Positions 9,013-17,706 of a stretch of 32,520 bases of DNA are shown piece after piece. Made by a program: the position numbers and the translations under genes. Each line of letters opens with the position of its first letter. Position 1 is the first letter of the stretch. The notes beneath the pieces are model-generated. The model was not told where the DNA came from and did no database searches. It saw only the letters and a list, made by a program, of their open reading frames with translations. The stretch comes from Desulfobacterales bacterium (GTDB lineage: Bacteria; Desulfobacterota; Desulfobacteria; Desulfobacterales; JAFDCJ01): positions 1 to 32,520 of the forward strand of contig JAOZPY010000001.1 in NCBI GenBank assembly GCA_029932495.1, read 5' to 3'.

Positions 9013-9990
9013 ATGCTGAAATGGATCCGAAAATACTGGTTTCTATGCGCCCTGTCTGCGGTATGCCTGCTCACCCTGGCAGATGGTACGGGCATCCTGG
9101 CCGGTGCAGGACTGTGGCTCAAGCAGCACCGTGCGCCCGAGCTGAATATCGTCGTCATTTTTCTTTTATCGGGCCTGGCGCTCAGCCCGAAACAGCTGAG
9201 CAGCGGCTTGGGTGATGTCGGGGGCCTGCTGTTTACCGCCGTGAACATTTTTATTGTGGCGCCTTTGCTGGCGGCGGTGTTCAGTTTGATTCCCATGGAC
9301 ACCGGCATCGTCATCGGGTTGTTCCTGGTGGCCGTTATGCCCCCTACTTTGAGCAGCGGTGTCGTCATGACGGCAGCGGCCGGCGGCAATGCGGCCCATG
9401 CCTTGGTCACCACGGTTGCGGCCAACAGCGTCTCCGTTTTTACCATTCCTTACGCCTTTTCGCTTTTATTGATTTTCATCGGCCAGTCCGCAGCGGTGAC
9501 CATCGACAAGGCGGCGATCATGCTCAAAATCGCTGCCCTGGTCATCGTCCCGCTGGCCGTCGGCATGCTTTTAAAGTATTTTTTTGCCTCCATTTACGCG
9601 CGGATCGGTCATAAAATCAACACGATTAACCAATGGTTGATTCTTTTCATTGTCTGGCTTGCATTTTCCCAGACGCGCGGCATGTTGATCGACAGCGGAC
9701 TGACGGTGGGGCTGATTCTTGCCATGGTGTTTTTCTACCATGGACTTTTGCTGATTTCAGGCTGGTTGCTGATTCGATTGTCCGGGCGCGAAAAGGGACG
9801 GCGGGAAAGCATCCTGTTCATGGGCGGACAAAAAACACTTCCGCTGTCCATCATCTTGCAGGTGTCCCTTTTCCCCCAGTATCCAGTTGCTCTACTGGTC
9901 TGCGTGCTGCATCATATCGTGCATCTCATCATGGACGGTTACATCGTGCAGCGCTTAGGGGGTGCACGGCAGGTGGGCCCGAATCGCTGA
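9013..9990 (+). CDS. Bile acid:sodium symporter family (SBF-like/YfeH-type) transporter
   Basis: Polytopic hydrophobic protein; IFLLSGL, PPTLSSGVVMTAAAGGN and GQKTLP motifs; start set at MLKWIRKYW. Confidence 0.88.
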   Translation: MLKWIRKYWFLCALSAVCLLTLADGTGILAGAGLWLKQHRAPELNIVVIFLLSGLALSPKQLSSGLGDVGGLLFTAVNIFIVAPLLAAVFSLIPMDTGIVIGLFLVAVMPPTLSSGVVMTAAAGGNAAHALVTTVAANSVSVFTIPYAFSLLLIFIGQSAAVTIDKAAIMLKIAALVIVPLAVGMLLKYFFASIYARIGHKINTINQWLILFIVWLAFSQTRGMLIDSGLTVGLILAMVFFYHGLLLISGWLLIRLSGREKGRRESILFMGGQKTLPLSIILQVSLFPQYPVALLVCVLHHIVHLIMDGYIVQRLGGARQVGPNR

Positions 9991-10025
9991 ATGGCGGCAG
10001 CCGGATTGTGAAGGGGTAGTGCGGA

Positions 10026-10523
10026 TCAGGATCCGTGTCCGCCATCCGGATGAAATGTGAACAGGGGAAACCCCGTTTCCGCATCCTGCTTTTTAATCAA
10101 CTGGACATCCCGGCATTCCTGGAGAAGGATTTCCGCCGTGGCCAGGACAGGGTTGCCATCTTCGATAAAATGTCCGCCGTAGACGGTCATTTGCGGGTCG
10201 CTGATCAGCCCGTGCAGGTGAGTAATCAACTGCCCATCTTCGGTTTGTCCGATCATCCCCTGGCAGGCCAGCAATTCCAGCGGGCCTTCAATGCGTGCCG
10301 GATCACTGTAACGGATGCCGATTTTGCGGGTGTCATCGGTAATCGCGTAGACGATGGTCGCTTTTTTGAGACTGCCGATAACCGATAATATGCTCGCGCC
10401 CGAAACATCATGATGGCGGCATATCTCTTCGATTCCTTTGATAAGATCCGAGCCGGGAAGCAGTCGTCCGACAATCTTTCTGCCTGCCTGTGAAACCACC
10501 GTCTGGATTCGGATGCTACTCAT
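10026..10523 (-). CDS. PPC/DUF296 domain protein (Zn-binding, AF0104/ALDC-like fold)
   Basis: RLLPGSDL, IGSL, ELLACQG, HLHG...GGH and TAEI motifs; RBS GGGAGG before ATG 10523. Confidence 0.88.
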   Translation of the reverse strand: MSSIRIQTVVSQAGRKIVGRLLPGSDLIKGIEEICRHHDVSGASILSVIGSLKKATIVYAITDDTRKIGIRYSDPARIEGPLELLACQGMIGQTEDGQLITHLHGLISDPQMTVYGGHFIEDGNPVLATAEILLQECRDVQLIKKQDAETGFPLFTFHPDGGHGS

Positions 10524-10595
10524 AAGCACCTCCCATTCATTGCCAAAATAAGATTGGCAGTGAACTGTAGGGTAAAAAAAATCCTTGCATCGCCG

Positions 10596-11444
10596 CTATT
10601 TTTTTATCAGCTTTAAAAATTTTTCCTCTTCACCGGCGATCATGTTGTAGCAGTGCTCGGCCTTGGGAAATTCGCCGGTCCGCACCTCGGCAACATAGTC
10701 TTTCATGGCGCCGGTCACCGTCTCGGCGACGTTGGCGTATTTTTTGACGAACTTGGGCGTAAACGCTTGAAACTGCCCGATGGCATCCGAGACGATCAGC
10801 AGCTGGCCGTCGCAGTGGGGCCCGGCGCCGATGGACAGCACCGGGATGTCCAGGGTTTCGGTGATGTATTTGCCCACCTCGGGCGGGATGGCTTCCAGCA
10901 GGATCATCTGGGCGCCGGCCTGTTGCACCGCCAGGGCGTCTTGCACTACCAGCCGTGCGGTTTTTGCCGTGCGGCCCTGGGCCTTGTGGCCGCCGAGCTG
11001 GCCCGAGGACTGGGGGGTGAGCCCGATGTGGCCCATGACCACGATGCCGGCTTCCACGATAGCCTTGATCTGGGGGGCGATGCGCACCCCGCCTTCCAGC
11101 TTGATGGCGTCGCATTCGGCTTCCTTTAGAAAGCGGCCCGCGTTTTCAACGGCTTTTTCCAGGGACGACTGGTAGCTCATAAAGGGCATGTCACCAATGA
11201 CAAAGGTGTTCGGTGCGCCGCGGCGCACCGCGTCGGCATGAAAAATCATCTGGTCCATGACCACCGGCACCGTGCCGCTGTATCCGTAAACGCACATGCC
11301 CAGCGAATCGCCCACCAGCAGCATGTCCAGCCCGGCGGCTTCGGCAAACTGGGCGGTGGGAAAATCATAGGCCGTTAAAAAGGTGATTTTTTCGCCTTTT
11401 TTCTTCATTTCATAAAAATCGAGAACGCTTTTTTTCTTGGCCAT
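10596..11444 (-). CDS. panB: 3-methyl-2-oxobutanoate hydroxymethyltransferase
   Basis: LTAYD, LLVGDSLGM, DMPFMSY, KLEGG, MGHIGLTPQ, IGAG..CDGQ and PKFVKKY motifs. Confidence 0.95.
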   Translation of the reverse strand: MAKKKSVLDFYEMKKKGEKITFLTAYDFPTAQFAEAAGLDMLLVGDSLGMCVYGYSGTVPVVMDQMIFHADAVRRGAPNTFVIGDMPFMSYQSSLEKAVENAGRFLKEAECDAIKLEGGVRIAPQIKAIVEAGIVVMGHIGLTPQSSGQLGGHKAQGRTAKTARLVVQDALAVQQAGAQMILLEAIPPEVGKYITETLDIPVLSIGAGPHCDGQLLIVSDAIGQFQAFTPKFVKKYANVAETVTGAMKDYVAEVRTGEFPKAEHCYNMIAGEEEKFLKLIKK

Positions 11445-11455
11445 GATGAGTACTC

Positions 11456-12166
11456 CTATGTTTTTGCATACAAATTCGACATTTTAAAAATAAAATTTTG
11501 AAGGTGTTTTCGTAAGAGCCATTTCGCTTCAGCAAAATCTTCGCTCAGAATTGAGTCTAAAATTTCCATGTGTTGATTGTGGGCAGTAGGATAAAAGCTA
11601 GGGAATTGCTTTTGCACGACGAGGGAGTATATTCTGAATAGGTCAAGAATGGAGCTGTGCAGTTCCATCCACAACTTGTTGCCTGACGCAGCGACCAAAT
11701 GGACATGAAATTCAAAATCAATCTCTCGATATTTGGTGAGGTTATCCTGCAACTGCTTGGAATCATCCTCAGAGGCTAACATTGGATCGGCGGCCTGCTG
11801 AAGTCTTTGACGGTATTTTTTGAATACGCTTCTGGGGATTTTTTTAACTGCTCTTTCAAAGAATGCCGTTTCAAAAATCATACGGGCTTCACATAAATCG
11901 ACCATTTCATCTCTGTTCAGGGCCACTACGCGGGCGCACTTGCGCGGTTCAACCTGCACAAGGCCATCAGCCTGGAGCCGTATGAGCGCAGCCCGGACCG
12001 GGGTTCTGCTGGCGCCAGTGGCCTCAGTCAACAGATCTTCAGGTAAAGATTCCCCCGGGGAAAAATGTCCCTCCAGGATGGACTTTTTCAGGACATTGTA
12101 AACTTTATCCGGCAAGGGTTCTTTGGTGCTAATAGCCGGGATATTTTTATACGTATTTTTTTCCAT
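11456..12166 (-). CDS. GntR family transcriptional regulator (FCD domain)
   Basis: PGESLPEDLLTEATGASRTPVRAAL HTH; DFEFH...SGN...H. Confidence 0.92.
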   Translation of the reverse strand: MEKNTYKNIPAISTKEPLPDKVYNVLKKSILEGHFSPGESLPEDLLTEATGASRTPVRAALIRLQADGLVQVEPRKCARVVALNRDEMVDLCEARMIFETAFFERAVKKIPRSVFKKYRQRLQQAADPMLASEDDSKQLQDNLTKYREIDFEFHVHLVAASGNKLWMELHSSILDLFRIYSLVVQKQFPSFYPTAHNQHMEILDSILSEDFAEAKWLLRKHLQNFIFKMSNLYAKT

Positions 12167-12266
12167 TAATTTAATTTTATTGATATTGTCGCTATAAAAC
12201 AGCTATTTTAAGGCAATATATAGGCATTTAAGCCAAATTTCAAGAAAAAAATACAATAAAAAAATC

Positions 12267-12298
12267 TTGACACATAATACGTATACGTATATCGTCAA
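12267..12298 (+). promoter_or_regulatory. Sigma70 promoter of the tdh-TRAP operon with a perfect 14-bp palindromic GntR-type operator in the spacer
   Basis: TTGACA (12267-12272)-17 nt-TATCGT (12290-12295); ATACGTATACGTAT at 12277-12290. Confidence 0.7.
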
Positions 12299-12478
12299 CA
12301 CAATGCTTATTCCGGTAGCAGACAGGGACCTGTCTTTTTTCCGGCCATGGTCTCTCAAAGGCATTGAAAAATAATAGATAGAGCGCGATTTTTAGCATCA
12401 GATATGGCAGATAAGTAACGTTAAAAATGAGTGATCTTGAGGGATGCCTAACGCTCGATTAAAAAAGGGATAAAGAAA

Positions 12479-13519
12479 ATGATTGCTGTCGTAAAACAGG
12501 AGAGACGTGTAGGCGCTAAGCTTGAAGAGGTGAAAACACCTGAATTAGGATCGGAAGATGTTCTTGTCAAGGTCAAGGCGACAGCCCTTTGCGGAACGGA
12601 TTTGCATATTTATGAGTGGAGTCCATGGGCACAGAACGCAGGCATTCACCCACCTCAAATAATGGGCCATGAGTTTTCAGGGGAGATTGCAGCGGTAGGG
12701 AATGCTGTTGTGAACCTCACCCCTGGTGATTACGTGGCGGGGGAAACCCATATTCCCTGCGGCAAATGTTATCAATGCCGCAATGGCCAACAGCACATAT
12801 GCGGAAATCTTAAACTATTCGGAGTTCATACGGATGGATGTTTTGCAGAATATGCCAAAATACCGGCAATCTGTGCAGTTAAAATCCCAACAACCATTCC
12901 TCCGGAAATTGGTGCTGTTTTTGAACCGCTTGGCACGGCCTTGAGGGCCAGTCTGGCAGTCAAGGTGGCCGGGAAAAATGTTGCCGTCATTGGATGCGGC
13001 CCCATCGGACTGTTTGCCATTGCCTGCTCAAGAGCGATGGGAGCGGCCAATATTATTGCCACCGATGTCGTCAATGAAAGACTTCAATTGTCAAAAGAAC
13101 TTGGCGCTGACGCGTCGCTGAACCCCGCCAAAGAAGATGTGGTTGATGCGGCCCTGGAGATGACCCGGGGCGTGGGCGTCGATGTTTTTATGGATGCATC
13201 CGGGAGTGTAGCGGCCATCAAACAAGGCTTTCAGTATTTAAGGAAGGGAGGAGAAGTTGCGCTTATTGGCTTGCCATCGGAACCCATTGAATTGAATTTA
13301 GGGCCTGATATTATTTTTAAGGAAGCAAAAATAATTGGAATACATGGTCGGGAAATGTTTTCTACCTGGACTCAAATGGAAAACATGATCGATAAGGGGC
13401 TTCTCAATCTTGACCCGATCATTTCACACAGAATGCCCCTTTCTGAGTTTGAAAAAGCGTTTGAACTGATAAAAACGGGAAAAGGATGCAAGGTGATTTT
13501 GGATCCATCGCAAACCTGA
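12479..13519 (+). CDS. tdh: L-threonine 3-dehydrogenase-like Zn-dependent alcohol dehydrogenase
   Basis: CGTDLHIY, GHEFSG, ETHIPCGKCYQC..HIC, GCGPIG and GIHGREMFSTW motifs; substrate uncertain. Confidence 0.75.
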   Translation: MIAVVKQERRVGAKLEEVKTPELGSEDVLVKVKATALCGTDLHIYEWSPWAQNAGIHPPQIMGHEFSGEIAAVGNAVVNLTPGDYVAGETHIPCGKCYQCRNGQQHICGNLKLFGVHTDGCFAEYAKIPAICAVKIPTTIPPEIGAVFEPLGTALRASLAVKVAGKNVAVIGCGPIGLFAIACSRAMGAANIIATDVVNERLQLSKELGADASLNPAKEDVVDAALEMTRGVGVDVFMDASGSVAAIKQGFQYLRKGGEVALIGLPSEPIELNLGPDIIFKEAKIIGIHGREMFSTWTQMENMIDKGLLNLDPIISHRMPLSEFEKAFELIKTGKGCKVILDPSQT

Positions 13520-13703
13520 CAATTGCGGACTTTTACCTTGACTGCAAAATTTGATGGATATAGAAAAATTGGATACTGGAGTTGCAAAGTTTACCCTAAT
13601 GTAAAAAGGAGGTGATCTAATAAATAGGAACAGAGGGGAGGTCCTGAATTCGGAAAAGGATCGTTTAAAACTCGACGAGTTCAAAAGATAAAGGAGGAAA
13701 AAA

Positions 13704-14762
13704 ATGGTTCGAAAAAAACGTGTTTCAATTCTGATTGTCGGTATGATTTTGACCATTGTCTTGATGTTAACCATAGGGCAGGGATTTGCGGCGAACAAAA
13801 AAATCCGGTGGAAAGGCCAAACTTGCTTCGGCATTGCCTCACCCCTTGGCCAACACACCATTGTCCTTTGGAAAAAATACGTCGAGCAGATGAGCGGCGG
13901 CAGAATGCAGCTCACGTTGCACGATGCCGGGGAAATCGTTCCGCCAACCAAGATTTATGACGCGGTGCGCGACGGGCTGCTCGATTTTGGTCTCAACACC
14001 CCGGCCTGGCAAAAGGGCAAATATCCGGCCGGCGATCTTTTTTACACCCTGCCGGGCGGGATTTTGCAGTTTAACGATCTCATCCTCTGGCTTTACGGTG
14101 GCGGTGGCTTACAGCTTGAACAGGAGATGTACGGCAAGGAGTTGGTGGTTTTTCCCCTCGGCTTGACGCCGCCCGAGGAGATCTGGTCGAAAAGGCCGAT
14201 TCATACCCTGGCCGACATCAAGGGCCTGAAAATCCGGGCTGCGGGACTGTCCATGGAGCTGTGGGAAAAACTGGGTGCCTCGGTGGTTTTGCTGCCGGGC
14301 GGCGAGGTGCTGCCGGCCCTGCAACGCGGTATGATCGATGCCACCGAAATTCTCGATCCGTCTTATGATTACACCCTGGGGCTGCACGAGGTCTGCAAGT
14401 ACCGTTTCGGTCCTCCCATCCACATGTCCAACAATATCTTCCAGCTGGTCATCAAGACCAAGTCCTGGAAGGTCCTGCCGGACGATCTCAAGGCCATTGT
14501 GGAAAAGGCGGCCATGGCGGCTACCCTCCAGGGCTACGCCGATTTCTGGCAGAGTTCCATCGCTTTCAACAAAAAGATTGAGGCTTACGGTACCATCACC
14601 ACCAAGTTGCCCAAGGCGGAGCAGCAAAAGGCCCGCAAGCTGGCCATGGAGATCTTAAACGAAAAGGCAAACAAGGATCCCTACTTTAAAAAGGTGTGGG
14701 AATCCCAAAAAGCCTTTATTAAAAGTTACAAACCTTACTACGATTTGACCAAGTTCGATTAA
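13704..14762 (+). CDS. dctP: TRAP transporter substrate-binding protein (TakP-like, monocarboxylate/2-oxoacid type)
   Basis: Signal peptide; VEQMSGGR, AGEIVP, DIKGLKIR and LPGGEVLPALQRGMIDATE motifs. Confidence 0.92.
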   Translation: MVRKKRVSILIVGMILTIVLMLTIGQGFAANKKIRWKGQTCFGIASPLGQHTIVLWKKYVEQMSGGRMQLTLHDAGEIVPPTKIYDAVRDGLLDFGLNTPAWQKGKYPAGDLFYTLPGGILQFNDLILWLYGGGGLQLEQEMYGKELVVFPLGLTPPEEIWSKRPIHTLADIKGLKIRAAGLSMELWEKLGASVVLLPGGEVLPALQRGMIDATEILDPSYDYTLGLHEVCKYRFGPPIHMSNNIFQLVIKTKSWKVLPDDLKAIVEKAAMAATLQGYADFWQSSIAFNKKIEAYGTITTKLPKAEQQKARKLAMEILNEKANKDPYFKKVWESQKAFIKSYKPYYDLTKFD

Positions 14763-14770
14763 TATTTACT

Positions 14771-14883
14771 CCCGGACTTTATCCGGGCCACATCCTGCAA
14801 AGGTTTTCAATGGGTATTTTGCAGGGGAGAATAGCGGGATTGTCCGCCCCGCACGACAGAACTGAAAAGGGCGGACAATCCTG
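14771..14883 (+). repeat. Three consecutive intergenic stem-loops between dctP and dctQ
   Basis: CCCGGA/TCCGGG (14771-14787); CCTGCAAA/TTTGCAGG (14794-14825); perfect 13-bp GGATTGTCCGCCC/GGGCGGACAATCC (14837-14881). Confidence 0.7.
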
Positions 14884-14900
14884 GGCATGTGAGGTGAACG

Positions 14901-15404
14901 ATGCGAATTGTCAGACTGATCGATAAACTCAGCGAGTGGACCGGGGCGCTGTCGGCGTGGCTTGTGATTCCGCTCATGCTGGTGGTCATTTACGAGGTTT
15001 TCCGGCGTCATGTTCTGAATTCTCCCACCCAGTGGGGCTATGATGTCCTGTGGATGCTTTTTTCCGCCCAGTTTCTTTTGGGCGGTGCCTTCACCTTGCT
15101 GCGCAAGGGGCATATCCGCATTGATATCGTCTATGGGATTCTTTCCCAAAGAGCCAAGCTGATCTACGACGTCATCAACACGCTGGTGGTCATTCTGCTG
15201 CCGGCGATCTTGCTGACCTGGGCCGGAATTGTATTTGCCGATCAGGCCTGGTTGAGTGGGGAAAAGCTGTCGACAACCAACTGGTTTTTCCCCGCCGGCC
15301 CCGGAAAAAGTTTGATTCCCATCGGATTTTTCCTGCTGGCGCTGCAGTGCGTGGCTGAAGTCATTCGCGATATCAATGAGTTAAGAAAAGGGAACCAACA
15401 ATGA
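14901..15404 (+). CDS. dctQ: TRAP transporter small permease
   Basis: Four TM segments; YEVFRRHVLNSPT and GHIRIDI motifs. Confidence 0.92.
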   Translation: MRIVRLIDKLSEWTGALSAWLVIPLMLVVIYEVFRRHVLNSPTQWGYDVLWMLFSAQFLLGGAFTLLRKGHIRIDIVYGILSQRAKLIYDVINTLVVILLPAILLTWAGIVFADQAWLSGEKLSTTNWFFPAGPGKSLIPIGFFLLALQCVAEVIRDINELRKGNQQ

Positions 15405-16729
15405 GCCCGGACCAAATTGCTGCCATCATCATGATGACCCTGCTGCTGATTATGGTGATTTGCGGAGTTCATCTGGCATTTGCCCTGTTTTTCCTGGCCA
15501 TGGTTTTTGGATTGATCTTCCAGGGGACGTCCATTTTTACCATGTCGATGCTCAAAATTTTCGGAACCATGCAAAGCGAAATTCTCATTGCCGTGCCCCT
15601 GTTCGTCTTCATGGGAACGATCCTGGAAAAAAGTGAGGTGGCCGAAGGTGTTTACCAGAGCCTGTACGAACTGTTCGGACCGGTCAGGGGGGGGCTGGCC
15701 TTTGCCACGGTCATCACCTGCACTGTTTTTGCCTCCTGCACCGGCGTTATTGCGGCCACGGTGACCACCATGACTCTGTTGGCCGTTCCTTCGATGCTTA
15801 AACGCAAGTATGACAAGGGATTGGCCACCGGCGTGGTTTGCGCCGGGGGATCGCTGGGGATTCTGATTCCTCCCAGCGTCATGCTGGTCATGTACGGACC
15901 CATGGCCAATTTGTCGGTGGCCCAGCTGTTTGCCGCCGCTCTTTTCCCGGGGATTTTACTGTCGGTGCTGTATTTGCTGTACATTGGTCTGGGATCCTGG
16001 CTCAAGCCGAGTCTGGCTCCTGCGATCCGGGCTGAAGAGCGCAAACGCAAGGGAGCTAAATTGTGGGGGCGGGCGGCTTTGATGATGATCCCAACAATAT
16101 TTTTGATCATCGCAGTCTTGGGTTCCATCATCGGCGGGGTGGCCTCGCCGACGGAAGCCTCCGGGGTGGGGGCGTTGGCCGCACTGATCATTGCCGCGGT
16201 TTACCGCAATTTGAATTATGCCAACCTCAAGGAGGCTGCTTACACGACGCTGATTGTCTCGGCCATGGTGTTTTTTATCATTATCGGGGCTTCCATCTTC
16301 AACGCGGTTTTTCTCTACCTCGGCGGCGGCGCCCTGATCAAAAGTCTGTTGATGAGCCTGCCTCTCGGAAAATGGTTTGTCCTGTTCGTGATGATGTTTG
16401 TACTTTTCATTTTAGGATTCTTTATCTCCTGGCAGGGATTGCTGTATGTGGTGGTTCCCATATTTCTTCCGGTGGCGGCCAATCTGGGATTTAATCCGCT
16501 CTGGTTCGGGCTTTTGATTTGCCTGAATTTGCAGATGTCGTTCTTAACGCCCCCGTTTGCCTATGCCATCTTTTTTGTAAAGGGGGCCGCACCGCCGGAG
16601 GTGAAAACCTGGGATATCTATCGCGGGGTTACCCCGTTCGTGATTTTGCAGGCGATCGCCGTTTTTTTGTGCATTGTTTTTCCGGAGATTATCCTGTGGC
16701 TGCCGCGGGTGACCCTGGGAGCGGGCTGA
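15401..16729 (+). CDS. dctM: TRAP transporter large permease
   Basis: LIAVPLFVFMG, LGILIPPS, ASPTEA and SFLTPPF motifs; ATGA overlap with dctQ. Confidence 0.94.
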   Translation: MSPDQIAAIIMMTLLLIMVICGVHLAFALFFLAMVFGLIFQGTSIFTMSMLKIFGTMQSEILIAVPLFVFMGTILEKSEVAEGVYQSLYELFGPVRGGLAFATVITCTVFASCTGVIAATVTTMTLLAVPSMLKRKYDKGLATGVVCAGGSLGILIPPSVMLVMYGPMANLSVAQLFAAALFPGILLSVLYLLYIGLGSWLKPSLAPAIRAEERKRKGAKLWGRAALMMIPTIFLIIAVLGSIIGGVASPTEASGVGALAALIIAAVYRNLNYANLKEAAYTTLIVSAMVFFIIIGASIFNAVFLYLGGGALIKSLLMSLPLGKWFVLFVMMFVLFILGFFISWQGLLYVVVPIFLPVAANLGFNPLWFGLLICLNLQMSFLTPPFAYAIFFVKGAAPPEVKTWDIYRGVTPFVILQAIAVFLCIVFPEIILWLPRVTLGAG

Positions 16730-16859
16730 TGGACTGAGTTGGGAAAATGGCCAAAACGGCATCTGCTGATAAAGCACAACCATCCATTAAACAGTGAATC
16801 ATCGACTTTCGACTGAAGCCGGGCGGGTAGTTGGAAAGCAAACGCAGAAAGACAAAAGC

Positions 16860-17624
16860 ATGAACAGTCCATATACAATCAAAGATCGTTCTGGCATCGT
16901 TACCGGAGCGGCTAGCGGAATCGGGCGGGCAACGGCCGTGCACCTGGCCCGCATGGACGCCAGGGTGGCGCTGGTGGACAAGGACGGCCACGGGCTGGAA
17001 AAAACGCGGTTGCTCATTGAGGAGAAAAATTCCTTCTCACCGCTGGTGTTTGAAAGCGACGTGACGCAGGAGACAGCGGTCCGGGAGGTGGTGGCTGAAA
17101 CCGTTGCGCAATTCGGGGCCGTTGATTTTTTGATCAACAGCGCCGGTATCCTCAGGCGGACCGCTTTTTTTGAAATTCCACCCGCCGAGTGGGACCTGGT
17201 GATGAATGTCAATTTGCGGGCCGCTTTTCTTTACTGCCAGGCGGTTGCCCCGCATATGGTCGATCGGGGCCGGGGGGCGATCATCAACGTGGCGTCTTTG
17301 GCCGGACGTTCATGCAGCATTCTGGGCGGCGCCCATTATACCACCTCCAAGCACGCCCTGATCGGACTTTCCCGCCACCTGGCAAGGGAGCTGTCGTCTA
17401 AAGGGCTTCGGATTAATGCTTTTTGCCCCGGGGCCACCCTGACGCCGATGACCCTCAACGTGTCCTCCGACGAGGAGATCGAGGCGGTGGCGACAACGAT
17501 TCCCCGCGGCCGATGGGCCAGCCCGGAAGAGCAGGCCGCGGTGATCGGTTTTCTGGTTTCCGATGCGGCCGTCAACATTACCGGTGCCTGCATCGACAGC
17601 AACGGAGGCGCCCTGATGGTGTGA
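16860..17624 (+). CDS. SDR family NAD(P)-dependent oxidoreductase
   Basis: TGAASGIG, NSAG and YTTSK motifs; Asp after beta2 (LVDKD) suggests NAD preference; start at MNSPYTIK is approximate. Confidence 0.9.
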   Translation: MNSPYTIKDRSGIVTGAASGIGRATAVHLARMDARVALVDKDGHGLEKTRLLIEEKNSFSPLVFESDVTQETAVREVVAETVAQFGAVDFLINSAGILRRTAFFEIPPAEWDLVMNVNLRAAFLYCQAVAPHMVDRGRGAIINVASLAGRSCSILGGAHYTTSKHALIGLSRHLARELSSKGLRINAFCPGATLTPMTLNVSSDEEIEAVATTIPRGRWASPEEQAAVIGFLVSDAAVNITGACIDSNGGALMV

Positions 17625-17706
17625 GGATCCGCCGGGAAAGTGAGCGTCGGTGTGGGAAAGGGCGGCCGTTATTATCCATTGCTACGCACACAGATAGGAG
17701 ATTGGG

